A stretch of DNA of 64,000 bases from a virus. The position numbers were made by a program, and so were the translations under genes. This document shows, piece after piece, positions 47,703 through 57,608 of the stretch. Below the pieces are notes generated by a model. The model was not told the DNA's origin. It was given only the letters and a program-made list of their open reading frames with translations, and made no database searches. The stretch spans positions 9,234 through 73,233 of IMG/VR virus record IMGVR_UViG_3300047510_003392, one strand, 5' to 3'. The stretch's first letter is position 1. Each line of letters opens with the position of its first letter.

Positions 47703-48379
47703 CTATCCAACTCTCTTGGGTCGATTATATTCCAGCCATCTGGCTTGCGGGTGTCACCGAACTTACGATTATACATCCAATATAGTTTGGTGATTATTTC
47801 TGGCCATACAAACACTTTTGCGTTTGTGCCAATCAACTTGAGTGTGCTCTTATCAAAATATCTTCCGCGAATAATGATTGGACCGCCATCTTTGTTTTTA
47901 CAGTTGATAAAAGTAAATCTGCGTGTCTTTGGACGATCTTGCTGGTCATAGATGCTATAATCACCAAGTAGTATGTCGTTGAATACACAACTGCTAAAAG
48001 TAACATCGTGTACGCCGCCCTTTATACCAATATCACATACTTCATTTAATGCATATGGCGATTTGATTGTTTGACGCACACCATCATTTACAAATGTGCA
48101 ATCTGTAAAAGCAACATTAGCTCCACGAACCATATCAAATGCTCGTGCGGTTCCATTTTTGAATATACAGTTCTTATATTCAAGACCAAACGTTAGTGAT
48201 GCTTTACCGCCCCACCTAGTGTCTTGACCGTCTATAGTGCAGTTGTTTACAGCACTATCATCATTTTGACTAAAGCAGAAAACAGATAATCCGTCGGTTC
48301 TGTTGTCTGGTGTATCTGGATTAAACGTGTTTGATTTATCAAACGTTTGATTTTCTATTACGATATTTGTTGTAGCCAT
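47699..48379 (-). CDS. Pectin-lyase-like beta-helix protein
   Basis: Repeated F.NC.F / F.DC.F strands. Confidence 0.5.
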   Translation of the reverse strand: MATTNIVIENQTFDKSNTFNPDTPDNRTDGLSVFCFSQNDDSAVNNCTIDGQDTRWGGKASLTFGLEYKNCIFKNGTARAFDMVRGANVAFTDCTFVNDGVRQTIKSPYALNEVCDIGIKGGVHDVTFSSCVFNDILLGDYSIYDQQDRPKTRRFTFINCKNKDGGPIIIRGRYFDKSTLKLIGTNAKVFVWPEIITKLYWMYNRKFGDTRKPDGWNIIDPRELDS

Positions 48380-48420
48380 AATGGCTATAAATATCGTTTT
48401 TGAGGAAAAATTTACACGGC

Positions 48421-48669
48421 TTAGTTTGTAGGTGCGCTACTTGGTGTTACTTCGGGCGTAGCCATCGGAAATTCGACATTATTTTCAAGTTTCTTGCTTG
48501 ATGCAAAATAACTAGCAACTTCTGTCATAGTCAATCCAGTAGACTCCAACAATGGATGTAAATAGTCTACTCTATTTTGACGAGTGTTTTTGTGACCGCC
48601 CAATTTATCCAAAAGATGTGCCATGTTCCAAGAAGAGCTGGCCATAGCGATGAGTTCTTGCGAGTTCAT
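48421..48669 (-). CDS. Hypothetical protein
   Basis: ORF with TATTTATA upstream. Confidence 0.55.
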   Translation of the reverse strand: MNSQELIAMASSSWNMAHLLDKLGGHKNTRQNRVDYLHPLLESTGLTMTEVASYFASSKKLENNVEFPMATPEVTPSSAPTN

Positions 48670-48744
48670 ATTTTATTTAATATAAATATAAGCCAGTTAA
48701 CATAAAATATAATCATAGATTATAAATTATTTTTATGATAAAAA

Positions 48745-49443
48745 CTAAGGTTTAGTCACAGAATACAGAAATTTGTTTTTAAACCCAAAAAATTTAAATT
48801 CAGATTCTTGTACAAGATCTCTAGTGTGTATTATTTTTACATCAAACCCAGCAGAAACGAGTTTGTTAAAAAAATCTTGTTTTCCATACAACCTTACTCT
48901 GTTTACTTGTCCGTATAATTCTTTTCTTTGTTCCGGAGTATTTGCGCTTTCATGATATATGGTAGTATCTCCTTTAGTTGGTATTACAAATATTCCGTTT
49001 CCTCCAACTTTCAGCGTTCTGAACATTTCGGAAATTGCGGCAGTATCGTTTTGTATATGTTCTAGTACATGACTGCAATATATAAAATCAAAATAGTTAT
49101 CTTCTATATCCAAACTTGTTAACGCCGAATGATCACAACCAAATTTAAGTTTTAAATCAATCGCGTGATAGTTTCTCATTCCAATTTTTTTCAACAAAGG
49201 TTCGATGGAATCTTCAGGGCATATATGTAATATTTTTGCTCGCGGAAATAGCCATTTTTCTTGAGATGTTATATATTTCCAAGAAAATCTGTGGCGTTCG
49301 AGTGAACCACATTTTGGACATTTAGCTTTTGGTCTGGGAGGATTTCCGTGAGGTATAAACTGTTTTATTTTGCAATTGCAAATTGTGCAAAATCCTTTTG
49401 CGGTAGAGTCGTTTATAGCGTTTTTAATAAAAATTGGAGACAT
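48745..49443 (-). CDS. Class I SAM-dependent methyltransferase
   Basis: CPKCGSLERHR, LHICPE, FDFIYCSHVLEH, YGQ..RVRLYG. Confidence 0.85.
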   Translation of the reverse strand: MSPIFIKNAINDSTAKGFCTICNCKIKQFIPHGNPPRPKAKCPKCGSLERHRFSWKYITSQEKWLFPRAKILHICPEDSIEPLLKKIGMRNYHAIDLKLKFGCDHSALTSLDIEDNYFDFIYCSHVLEHIQNDTAAISEMFRTLKVGGNGIFVIPTKGDTTIYHESANTPEQRKELYGQVNRVRLYGKQDFFNKLVSAGFDVKIIHTRDLVQESEFKFFGFKNKFLYSVTKP

Positions 49444-49479
49444 ATATATACATATATACGAATTATAAAACTAATCAAG

Positions 49480-49515
49480 AAAAAAAAAGAGCAACCCGTC
49501 AGGTTGCTCTTTTTT
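49480..49515. terminator. Intrinsic terminator
   Basis: A9-GAGCAACC-CGTCA-GGTTGCTC-T6. Confidence 0.8.
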
Positions 49516-49532
49516 GATAAATGGCTAAACTA

Positions 49533-49820
49533 TCAAGCCGCAGGAGTTGTTGCTGGGGTATTAGCTGCCTTGGCTGCCAAAATTTCTGCTTTCTTTTGAA
49601 GCTGGGCTGCTCTCTTTTGTGGATTGAATGCCGCCAACAATTGCGTCTTTGTTATGCTGTGCTGCGTCAGTAATGTTTTCAAATACGCGGCAGCTTCTTC
49701 CAAAGTTGCTTTATTGGCTTGTCGCTTTAGTTTTTTTGTTAGCGCAAGTCTTCCGCCACAAGTACCAGCGAGTAATAGTAGTTCTTCTTTAGTCATAGGT
49801 TCTAAAATTTGATTGTTCAA
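49533..49820 (-). CDS. Basic Ala/Lys-rich hypothetical protein
   Basis: ORF between TATTTATA motif and terminator. Confidence 0.55.
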   Translation of the reverse strand: MNNQILEPMTKEELLLLAGTCGGRLALTKKLKRQANKATLEEAAAYLKTLLTQHSITKTQLLAAFNPQKRAAQLQKKAEILAAKAANTPATTPAA

Positions 49821-49910
49821 CTATAAATATAATTAAGAAGTACAAAATAGCCAAAAATTAAAGTATTTTATTTTTAATAGTCTAATAAACTATCGCACCA
49901 TTGCTCTTGG

Positions 49911-50600
49911 TTATACGATACCCTGCGAGTGGTTTGTAAAAAATAATTCAACGCAATTTCTTATTTTTCTCGGCACATCAACCGCATAAATTTTTCCCAT
50001 CTTATTATGGTCGTGTATCACCCATCTAACTAGACCATATTCGTTTATAATAACAACTCTGGGTATGAGTTTGAACATTTCTTGATGTGCTGCTTGATGT
50101 ATCCAAAACTGTGGAGTTTTTTGACACACCGATATAAATCCCATTCCTGCACATCGCGTGGTGTTCACCGCTTCCACCGGGTTCTCCGCGTCGGGAATAT
50201 AATATTCCTTTTTGGATTTAAGATCATACTTGGTTCCTACAGCATATACAATAAACGACTCGTATTTATCTTTGTTTTCTGAATACGTATTTTGTATTTT
50301 CTCTATGTATGTTGGACCCATATAATCGTCACAGTCTTGCCTTGTTTGAACATCAAATTTTATTGCATTAGATTTTAATTCTCCCATTCTAGAAAATAAT
50401 GAATAATTTTTTATTCCGTACTTCTCCAGTTCGGTTTTAATGAAAAATCTATGCATGTCTCGCACACAAATAAGAAGATGAAAATTTTTATTTGTCTGCT
50501 GGTGCAAACTTGGAAAATATACACTCTTCATCAATTCAAAATAATTATTGAAGGCGATGTCGTCTTCTAAATTTATTCTCGTTATAATTGCGTGATTCAT
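49911..50600 (-). CDS. Putative glycosyltransferase (rhamnosyltransferase-like)
   Basis: ITRIN, PSL.QQTNKNF, TRQDCDD, VIHDHN. Confidence 0.7.
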   Translation of the reverse strand: MNHAIITRINLEDDIAFNNYFELMKSVYFPSLHQQTNKNFHLLICVRDMHRFFIKTELEKYGIKNYSLFSRMGELKSNAIKFDVQTRQDCDDYMGPTYIEKIQNTYSENKDKYESFIVYAVGTKYDLKSKKEYYIPDAENPVEAVNTTRCAGMGFISVCQKTPQFWIHQAAHQEMFKLIPRVVIINEYGLVRWVIHDHNKMGKIYAVDVPRKIRNCVELFFTNHSQGIV

Positions 50601-50623
50601 CGTAAAATATAATTATCCGATAT

Positions 50624-50713
50624 TGGCGGAAGAGGTGAGATTCGAACTCACGGTGACATTACTGCCACGACGGTTTTCAAGACCGTTGCCTTAAACCACT
50701 CAGCCACTCTTCC
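50624..50713 (-). tRNA. tRNA-Ser(TGA)
   Basis: Canonical, long variable arm, GCCA end. Confidence 0.95.
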
Positions 50714-50723
50714 ATACAAATAA

Positions 50724-51473
50724 TTATATAACAATTGAAGTTTGCATATGTGCTTGAATATATATTTCTTCCGTCCATTCGTCAATGAAAATTTTATTAT
50801 GAAGACCCATACCTTGCCGTATGTTGTTTTCGCACATTCTAGAATACGCTATTTTAGCTTTATCGATATGGTATGAATACGATAATCTCCTATAGTGAAG
50901 AAGTTTTAACACGTCCTCGCCATATTTTGATGGAATAACTTCTCCGACGGGGCTGGCATCATGACTGCCCGCAGACCATCGCATATCGGTTATTTTTTGT
51001 GGATTAAAAATTACATTTTTTGTATATGCAATAGACCGTTTTCCTCTTTTAACTTGGCGTGTAATAGGAAATTTTGGGTCCGGAAAATCGAGGGAAGCCA
51101 TATCATATCCAACTACATTCGGATATGTTACCCGTTGGGCTTTAAATTGTAAAAGAATATCATATATTTTTGGATGATACAACAACTCATCATTATCACA
51201 CACAATCATCCAATCAAAATTTTCCGCACCATCTTTCCATGCGCTGTTTCTTATTTCTCCCAAAAGAACGTCGTCTACGTATTGCCCGGTATCTTTTGAC
51301 CACGTTTGTATTTTTGTTTTACCTTTTCCTAAATCTAAGGCAATTTCAACACTTCTATCCGAACTGTGGCCATCTATTATAAGAATTTCATCGACCCAAG
51401 GTTCGTAATGGTTGATGAAGAACGGCATAATCCGTTCTTCATCTTTGCATACTGTTACTACTTTTATTTTCAT
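50724..51473 (-). CDS. Glycosyltransferase family 2 (tandem copy 1)
   Basis: KDEERIMPFF, DGHSSD, VCDNDE, LLHY. Confidence 0.8.
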   Translation of the reverse strand: MKIKVVTVCKDEERIMPFFINHYEPWVDEILIIDGHSSDRSVEIALDLGKGKTKIQTWSKDTGQYVDDVLLGEIRNSAWKDGAENFDWMIVCDNDELLYHPKIYDILLQFKAQRVTYPNVVGYDMASLDFPDPKFPITRQVKRGKRSIAYTKNVIFNPQKITDMRWSAGSHDASPVGEVIPSKYGEDVLKLLHYRRLSYSYHIDKAKIAYSRMCENNIRQGMGLHNKIFIDEWTEEIYIQAHMQTSIVI

Positions 51474-51502
51474 GCAATTTAGTCGCGACTCAATAAAAAT
51501 AA

Positions 51503-52249
51503 TTATATAACAATTGAAGTTTTCGAATATTCTTGGACATATGTTTCTTCAGACCACTCAATAATTTCTTTGTAATGATGCCCCATATTATATCGTATGT
51601 TATTTTCGGACAGCTTAGAGTGCCTTATTTTAGCTTTATTAATATAATATGAATAAGACAATCTGCTATAATGAAGAAGTTTTAACACATCGTCTCCATA
51701 TTTTGGATAAATAATCTCCCCCACCGGTGCGCTGTTATGACTGCCCTCGCTCCACCCCATGCTTGATATTTTTTTTGGGTTGAATATTATATTTTTTGTA
51801 TAATTGCGAGACCTTATTCCGGTTTTGATTTGGTCCACAATCGGTAAATTGCAATCTGGAAAATCCAGCGAAGCCATATCATATCCTACTACATTTGGTA
51901 TCGTTATACCTCGTTTATTAAAATCTAGGAGCGTATCATATATTTTTGGATGATACAACAACTCATCGTTGTCGCAGACAACCATCCAATCAAAATTTTC
52001 TGCGCCATCTTTCCACGCAGTGTTTCGTATTTCTTGTAGAACAATATCATCTAAGTAATGTCCAGTATCTTTTGACCACGTTTGTATTTTTGTTTTACCT
52101 TTTCCTAAATCTAAGGCAATTTCAACACTCTTATCTGTACTATACCGGTCGATTACAAGTATTTCGTCTACCCATGGTTCGTAATTTTTAATAAAAAACG
52201 GCATAATCCGTTCTTCATTTTTACACACCGTTACTACTTTGATTTTCAT
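51503..52249 (-). CDS. Glycosyltransferase family 2 (tandem copy 2)
   Basis: Near-identical N-half to 50724..51473. Confidence 0.8.
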   Translation of the reverse strand: MKIKVVTVCKNEERIMPFFIKNYEPWVDEILVIDRYSTDKSVEIALDLGKGKTKIQTWSKDTGHYLDDIVLQEIRNTAWKDGAENFDWMVVCDNDELLYHPKIYDTLLDFNKRGITIPNVVGYDMASLDFPDCNLPIVDQIKTGIRSRNYTKNIIFNPKKISSMGWSEGSHNSAPVGEIIYPKYGDDVLKLLHYSRLSYSYYINKAKIRHSKLSENNIRYNMGHHYKEIIEWSEETYVQEYSKTSIVI

Positions 52250-52263
52250 ATAATTTATAAACT

Positions 52264-52355
52264 TGGCGGTGAGTATAGGATTTGAACCTATGGTAGGATT
52301 TTACTCCTACAACGCTTTAGCAAAGCGCCGCTATAGACCACTCAGCCAACTCACC
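52264..52355 (-). tRNA. tRNA-Ser(GCT)
   Basis: Canonical, long variable arm, GCCA end. Confidence 0.95.
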
Positions 52356-52417
52356 ATATAACAAAAGAACCCTACGATATAAGTAGGGTTCTGTCAAGAT
52401 TATAAATTTATTATATC

Positions 52418-52801
52418 TTATTTAGAAGTACTTACTTCTATAGCATCTAATGGCGTAGGTGCTGTTGTATAACCCGGCTTTTTTGTTTCTCTTGCTCTAC
52501 AACAATCATCGCATTTGCAGGTAGTTGAACTGCCGCCGCCAACAAAAAATCCATATTCATGTTTTTCTGTGTTGGCAAAGATGCCAACTTCTTTTCTGCC
52601 ACCAAGCAACAACAATCCGCATAGCAGAATAACAAGCAGTAGTATTACAACAGGAGTAATCTTTGTTTTACATCTGCCATCGCAATCTGGTTCAGACACA
52701 AACAATGATACAATAAATGCCCATATTGCCAAAATGACATTACGAACTGCACGAACAACACTGCCAATTAATCCTAATATATAGTTTATTATAGTTTTCA
52801 T
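52418..52801 (-). CDS. Hypothetical membrane protein, Cys-rich C-terminus
   Basis: Two hydrophobic segments; CKCDDCC. Confidence 0.55.
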   Translation of the reverse strand: MKTIINYILGLIGSVVRAVRNVILAIWAFIVSLFVSEPDCDGRCKTKITPVVILLLVILLCGLLLLGGRKEVGIFANTEKHEYGFFVGGGSSTTCKCDDCCRARETKKPGYTTAPTPLDAIEVSTSK

Positions 52802-52813
52802 ATGTGTAAAAAG

Positions 52814-53524
52814 TTATATTCTACCACCTTGACTCATAATCCAGTTTTGTGCAACTCTATTTCGTGGTAGTATTTTTGCCCACGAGTTTATCTTTCCATA
52901 CAACCCACTCGCAATAGTACCGGCATTAGCTGCTCTACTTTCGCTATTATCAATGATAATCATATTCTGCCCACCAAATAATCCTTGAAAATGACCTATA
53001 TTACTTTGAACTTCTTGCCACATTTTTTCTACTTGTGTGGGAGGCAATGTACGAACTCGGTTTGCATTTCTTTCTTGAGCAGTTTCCAAGTCTGTATTCA
53101 CCATCACCATCATTGTATCATAACCAAACTGTTTTAGCCACGCATTTGTTTTTGATATTTTGTTATAATCTTTACCCGTTCCATCTATTACAATACCAAG
53201 TCTTCCATCTACCCAATCTTCTTCTCTTTGGTATGTTAGTTCTTTTGCTCTGCCTCTAATTTGCTGCCCCTTTGGGGAATATATAGAATCTGGCGTCAGT
53301 GGCATTCCAGCTTTTTTCATCAATGTTTCATATACAATATCAGAATTCAATATTTTGAATCCCATACCTTCAAATCCAATCTGTCTTACAATATAACTTT
53401 TACCAGAACCTGGTCCGCCTGCCATAAATACTGCCTTGAATATAATAGGATCATCTACACCTTCATTGATACCAAGGCTTTCGAGCATCAACTTTTTATG
53501 CTTTTCAAATGTGTTTATATCCAT
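52814..53524 (-). CDS. P-loop kinase (zeta-toxin/AAA_33-like)
   Basis: MAGGPGSGKS, NSD, IDGTG, RNANRVR, IDNS. Confidence 0.75.
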   Translation of the reverse strand: MDINTFEKHKKLMLESLGINEGVDDPIIFKAVFMAGGPGSGKSYIVRQIGFEGMGFKILNSDIVYETLMKKAGMPLTPDSIYSPKGQQIRGRAKELTYQREEDWVDGRLGIVIDGTGKDYNKISKTNAWLKQFGYDTMMVMVNTDLETAQERNANRVRTLPPTQVEKMWQEVQSNIGHFQGLFGGQNMIIIDNSESRAANAGTIASGLYGKINSWAKILPRNRVAQNWIMSQGGRI

Positions 53525-53562
53525 ATCTTATTATAAGTATAAGGATATATACGAAGTAAACA

Positions 53563-54159
53563 CTATTTTTTCCACGCAAACCCGATACCAAGATCGTCTG
53601 CATCATTATCACAAGCATTTGGTGTTACATTCCAAATATCCAAATTTAGATTATTTATAAATTTATTTGGACCATAATGATACGCCGTGTCGTGAAACCC
53701 AACAATTCCAGCACCTGAAAGGTATTTTGTATATTCCCAGTCGTTTAGAACTTGATTGATGCTGTGGTTTCCATCTATGAATATAAAATCAAACTGCGTT
53801 ATTCCGATTGAATTCGCATATTTCATCACAACATCAATATTGGATGAGTTTTCTCTGATGGTGTATATGTTTTCATCCTTATTGTTCAAGAACGTCTTTT
53901 CCACAATATCAACGCCAAGATAAGCGGTTTCTTTCAGCTTGTTTTTTAGCAATATCTGTGTGAATGAATCTTGACCGTTTCTGTTAACTCCAATTTCAAG
54001 GATTGACTTGCAATATGGCTTGACTCTTGAAAAATAACTAAGCAACGCAGCCTTGTTTCCCTCCGTAATTTCGCGAGGGCAATTTTTTGTACAGCCGTCG
54101 ATTTCATCAAACGGCGAATGAGTGCGTATATCAATTACTAAATCAGTGTTCCATTGCAT
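53563..54159 (-). CDS. Class I SAM-dependent methyltransferase (Methyltransf_24-like)
   Basis: LEIGV, FIFIDGNHS, GFHD. Confidence 0.8.
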   Translation of the reverse strand: MQWNTDLVIDIRTHSPFDEIDGCTKNCPREITEGNKAALLSYFSRVKPYCKSILEIGVNRNGQDSFTQILLKNKLKETAYLGVDIVEKTFLNNKDENIYTIRENSSNIDVVMKYANSIGITQFDFIFIDGNHSINQVLNDWEYTKYLSGAGIVGFHDTAYHYGPNKFINNLNLDIWNVTPNACDNDADDLGIGFAWKK

Positions 54160-54203
54160 AATGTATATCTATATTTTATTATAAATATACGTATATATAA
54201 AAA

Positions 54204-54371
54204 CTATTTATCTAATCTTGTGTATCTAGAATATACAGATTCTGGTACAGAGTTCTGTTTTAGGAACTTATCTGCCATCTTAGCAATTTTTTTGTGGGAT
54301 ACTCCATCATAAAATGCATCAGATATTTCTTTGGCAGTTATTGGCTTTATGGACTTTTTCTTTTTTGGCAT
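54204..54371 (-). CDS. Small hypothetical protein (55 aa)
   Basis: Manual translation MPKKKKSIKPITAKEISDAFYDG...; fills the intergenic gap. Confidence 0.45.
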   Translation of the reverse strand: MPKKKKSIKPITAKEISDAFYDGVSHKKIAKMADKFLKQNSVPESVYSRYTRLDK

Positions 54372-54374
54372 ATA

Positions 54375-54995
54375 TCACCGCACATAAAGTGCGTCTCCCC
54401 ACCGACAATGGGTTATTTCGGTTTCTACTCTGGAAAATCCGAATGAGCTAAGATAATTGTCCATTTCATGGATTAAACAGCAATTTTTATATAAAGGCTC
54501 TTCATTTACCTCGGAATATATGTATTTTATTGAGTCCATTATTTTTCCACAACCTTTTAGTGCCAAAAGTTCAGCACCCTGTATATCAAGGTTGATAAAA
54601 TTTCTAGAACTAAATGATATATTATTTTCAGTAAATAATGTATCAAGTCTTTTGGTATTGAATTCTTTTACTTCGGTAACTTGTATTCCAGGATAGTAAT
54701 CTTTATGTGTTCCAAATTCAAGAATTGAAGACGATTGCCCATTGTTTGTTATATAAAACTTTGTTGGTTGGCCATCAACGTCGCTAACTACACAATGGAT
54801 TATTTTTTCATCGGGCTGAAGCGCAGTGTTAGCGGACAGGTCCGAAATAATTTTGTCGTTACCATCTATCCAAACTGTATTATACAGTCCTACCTTCTGA
54901 TAATCTTGTCTTTCTTCCAAATAATGAGAACCTATGTGTATTATTCCTGTTGGAGTTCCGTATTTTTTGACTATTGTCTCAATATTGATAAGCAT
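54375..54995 (-). CDS. FkbM family methyltransferase
   Basis: HIGSH..EE, SSSILE, NLDIQGAEL, EVN, WGDALY. Confidence 0.88.
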   Translation of the reverse strand: MLINIETIVKKYGTPTGIIHIGSHYLEERQDYQKVGLYNTVWIDGNDKIISDLSANTALQPDEKIIHCVVSDVDGQPTKFYITNNGQSSSILEFGTHKDYYPGIQVTEVKEFNTKRLDTLFTENNISFSSRNFINLDIQGAELLALKGCGKIMDSIKYIYSEVNEEPLYKNCCLIHEMDNYLSSFGFSRVETEITHCRWGDALYVR

Positions 54996-55004
54996 TTTAT
55001 AAAA

Positions 55005-55081
55005 TGGTCGGCGCGGAGGGATTCGAACCCCCGACGGCTTGCTCCCAAAGCAAGTGCACTACCAGGCTGTGCTACGCGCCG
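55005..55081 (-). tRNA. tRNA-Pro(TGG)
   Basis: Canonical cloverleaf, CCA. Confidence 0.95.
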
Positions 55082-55129
55082 AAATGGTGTACAAATACAC
55101 CGGTTATACCGTACACCACGATATAACTA

Positions 55130-55357
55130 TTACTTACTCTCAACAAACTTGTAGAGTTTTTCAGCAATTTGCATTGCTTCTTCTACACGATTGTCTGGTG
55201 CAATCGGTAATGTTGCCTTGCTGGTTTTTTCAGCCTCGTATCGTATCGCTTCTTGAGAGAAGTGATAACGATTATCAGCCATATCAAGTGCTTTGTTAAG
55301 CACTTCCCAACGAATTTCATAACCGCTCTTACCTTTTTGTGTATTTGTGTCTTTCAT
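55130..55357 (-). CDS. Conserved phage hypothetical protein
   Basis: KSGYEIRWEVL..A...AEKLYKFV pattern of T4-like phage small proteins. Confidence 0.6.
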   Translation of the reverse strand: MKDTNTQKGKSGYEIRWEVLNKALDMADNRYHFSQEAIRYEAEKTSKATLPIAPDNRVEEAMQIAEKLYKFVESK

Positions 55358-55413
55358 TGTGTGTGTATGAAATGATTTGCATTATTGCATCTCATTTCGC
55401 ACATCATAATGAA

Positions 55414-56034
55414 TTAAAAATCTATTTTGTCAAGTTTATAAAAATATGCATCCCATCTATTTTCTAGGCATTTATATCCGTGTGTTTCCATAACTCTTAT
55501 AATAGAATTTAAATAATCTTTGCCATCGTGTCTATGTTGAGTGTTGTGCTCAATCGACCATATTTTTATATTATATTGATTAAAATCAAAAGTAGATATT
55601 ATATCATATTCAGACCCTTCTGTGTCTAAACTAATATAGTCTATGTTTGTTGGCGATTGATGTTTTTGTAGAACGTCGTTTAAAGAAATCGTATACAAAT
55701 CAATTTTATTTTTTACTTTTCTATCTCTCTTTTCATTAAAAGACTGAGAAAATCCACTCAACTCAGAACATATAGAAAATTGCATTTTTTCGCCACTAAT
55801 CTTCCAGACAGGGCAAGTTTCTAACTTTGCAGTCCTGTTGTTCTTAATTTGAGGAATAAATTGAGGGTTTGGTTCACATAATATTCCCGTCCATCCGTAT
55901 TCTCTTTCGAGAAGACACGTATTGGAGTTATGCTCTCCATTTCCTACTCCAATTTCTACAAAATATCCATTTCTTTTTCCATTGAGAAAGTTTATTACGT
56001 ATCTATCTTGGCCTAATTGAGAGTATTCATGCAT
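55414..56034 (-). CDS. FkbM/Methyltransf_21 methyltransferase
   Basis: SQLGQD, FVEIGVGNG, GWTGILCEP, SLDTEGSE. Confidence 0.88.
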   Translation of the reverse strand: MHEYSQLGQDRYVINFLNGKRNGYFVEIGVGNGEHNSNTCLLEREYGWTGILCEPNPQFIPQIKNNRTAKLETCPVWKISGEKMQFSICSELSGFSQSFNEKRDRKVKNKIDLYTISLNDVLQKHQSPTNIDYISLDTEGSEYDIISTFDFNQYNIKIWSIEHNTQHRHDGKDYLNSIIRVMETHGYKCLENRWDAYFYKLDKIDF

Positions 56035-56068
56035 ATTAAATTTATATAAATATTTGTCGTTAGTATCG

Positions 56069-56360
56069 TATGCGACGCCACGAAGGGACTGCCCTAGTTA
56101 TGTGTGAAAATATTGGGAGGACTAATGATTACCTCCATTCCAACTCCGATATTTCAGTTATTCAGTCAGATGATACCGTCGCATCATAATGGTTCGCAAT
56201 GTCATATGTTATTCTACATACAAACCATACCTCTGGTAGCTTCGGTTGGCCAACCTAGGCTTCAGCATAGTACCTTACTTACTAATCGGAGCAGAAACTT
56301 ATCCATACTCTTCATATGAATAATGCGTTAGTCCCATTTGATAAGACTTTTTCCGCCACA
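56069..56360 (-). ncRNA. Unannotated ~290-nt structured RNA downstream of tRNA-Ala
   Basis: Nested helices GGGACUAA/UUAGUCCU, GCUCCGAU/AUCGGAGU, UUAUUCAUA/UAUGGAUAA, AUGGUUUGUA/UGCGAACCAU; long-range AUGCGACG/CGUCGCAU; G-U pairs favour the minus strand. Confidence 0.65.
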
Positions 56361-56364
56361 AAAA

Positions 56365-56440
56365 TGGTGGACCCAACAGGGTTCGAACCTGCGACCTTCT
56401 GCTTGCAAAGCAGCTTCTCTACCAACTGAGATATGAGCCC
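56365..56440 (-). tRNA. tRNA-Ala(TGC)
   Basis: Cloverleaf with G3.U70, CCA. Confidence 0.95.
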
Positions 56441-56498
56441 ATTATTTAAAAGAACAAAGATAACTATGATCTAGTTTAACCAAAAGTCAATAAGAAAA

Positions 56499-56573
56499 TG
56501 GTGGTAGAGGTGGATCCTGACACCACAACCTGTCCGTTATCAACAGACTGCTCTTCCTTTGAGCTACTCTACC
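56499..56573 (-). tRNA. tRNA-Ile(GAT), atypical T loop
   Basis: Cloverleaf, anticodon loop TTGATAA, T loop GTCAGGA, CCA. Confidence 0.85.
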
Positions 56574-56605
56574 ATAAAATTATTTATAATTCATATATAT
56601 GAAAT

Positions 56606-57574
56606 ATGAATAAAGAAATCTTGTTGAGTTTGTACGACGACGACCCTAGAAAAAAATATAAATGTAAAAATTTAAAACAAGATGGTGATTTTTTTGAAAT
56701 CGAGTATCAATCTCCGAACAATATAAACTTTGGAAGCATTACGTTGTTCGTTGAATTGATTGAAAAAAAGATTAAATTTAGATTTAATGCACTAAGAGGC
56801 GGATTCTATAGTTTGATGGGTCGTCAAATATCGGGGTTAATTCCCATCATCAATAGTCCCCACTTACAAGGATTTGATATATCAATTGACGGTTCAAACA
56901 CTTGGAATTTATTTAAACACGATGTTTCTTTTGATTTATACAAACTATTATTTAAACAAAACAATAATATAAAACTTGCATTTCCATATTGTGGACCAAC
57001 GTTGTGCGATAATAGAAAGCAGTTCTGTAAGTTAGATTTATATTCACTAAATAGTTTGCTAAATAAATACTTTTCATTGTCTGATACGCAAGAAGAATAC
57101 TATAATAAATTAGTTAACGAATACTCTATAAATTTTGATAATACGATAGGTATAATGTATCGCGGCACAGACAAATATTTGGAAATGAGACAAGTGGATC
57201 CAAAAAATTTTGTAAAACAGGCAAAAATATTATTGGAAAAAAATCCAAACTTAAATATTTTCTTACAGACAGACCAAACGCAAGTAAAAGATTTATTTAA
57301 AATTGAATTTGGAAATAAATTTTTTTTCCTACAAAATATACCGTCAACAGATGGAATAAAAAGCGTTCATAAACTTATAAACGATTTAGAAAAACGGCAT
57401 TCATATGTCCAAAGTTTAGAAGTTGCTTGTCGATTTTTATCGAAATGTAAGTATTTAATTACATCAAGTGGCAATATGGGTTGGACAATATCCGGTTATA
57501 GAGGAAATACAACTAACTTATGGCAATTTAATCACAATGGAAAATTGGTTGTTCCGAATAACACAATTCAATGA
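56606..57574 (+). CDS. Putative fucosyltransferase (NodZ/GT23-like)
   Basis: IGIMYRGTDK, IFLQTD, LSKCKYLITSSGN. Confidence 0.65.
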   Translation: MNKEILLSLYDDDPRKKYKCKNLKQDGDFFEIEYQSPNNINFGSITLFVELIEKKIKFRFNALRGGFYSLMGRQISGLIPIINSPHLQGFDISIDGSNTWNLFKHDVSFDLYKLLFKQNNNIKLAFPYCGPTLCDNRKQFCKLDLYSLNSLLNKYFSLSDTQEEYYNKLVNEYSINFDNTIGIMYRGTDKYLEMRQVDPKNFVKQAKILLEKNPNLNIFLQTDQTQVKDLFKIEFGNKFFFLQNIPSTDGIKSVHKLINDLEKRHSYVQSLEVACRFLSKCKYLITSSGNMGWTISGYRGNTTNLWQFNHNGKLVVPNNTIQ

Positions 57575-57608
57575 TGGTAGTAGTGACAGCCACATTAGCT
57601 ATTCTAGC

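Noticed and set aside
52814-53524. Zeta toxin-antitoxin module
   Set aside because: Only a generic P-loop kinase signature; no adjacent antitoxin-like gene
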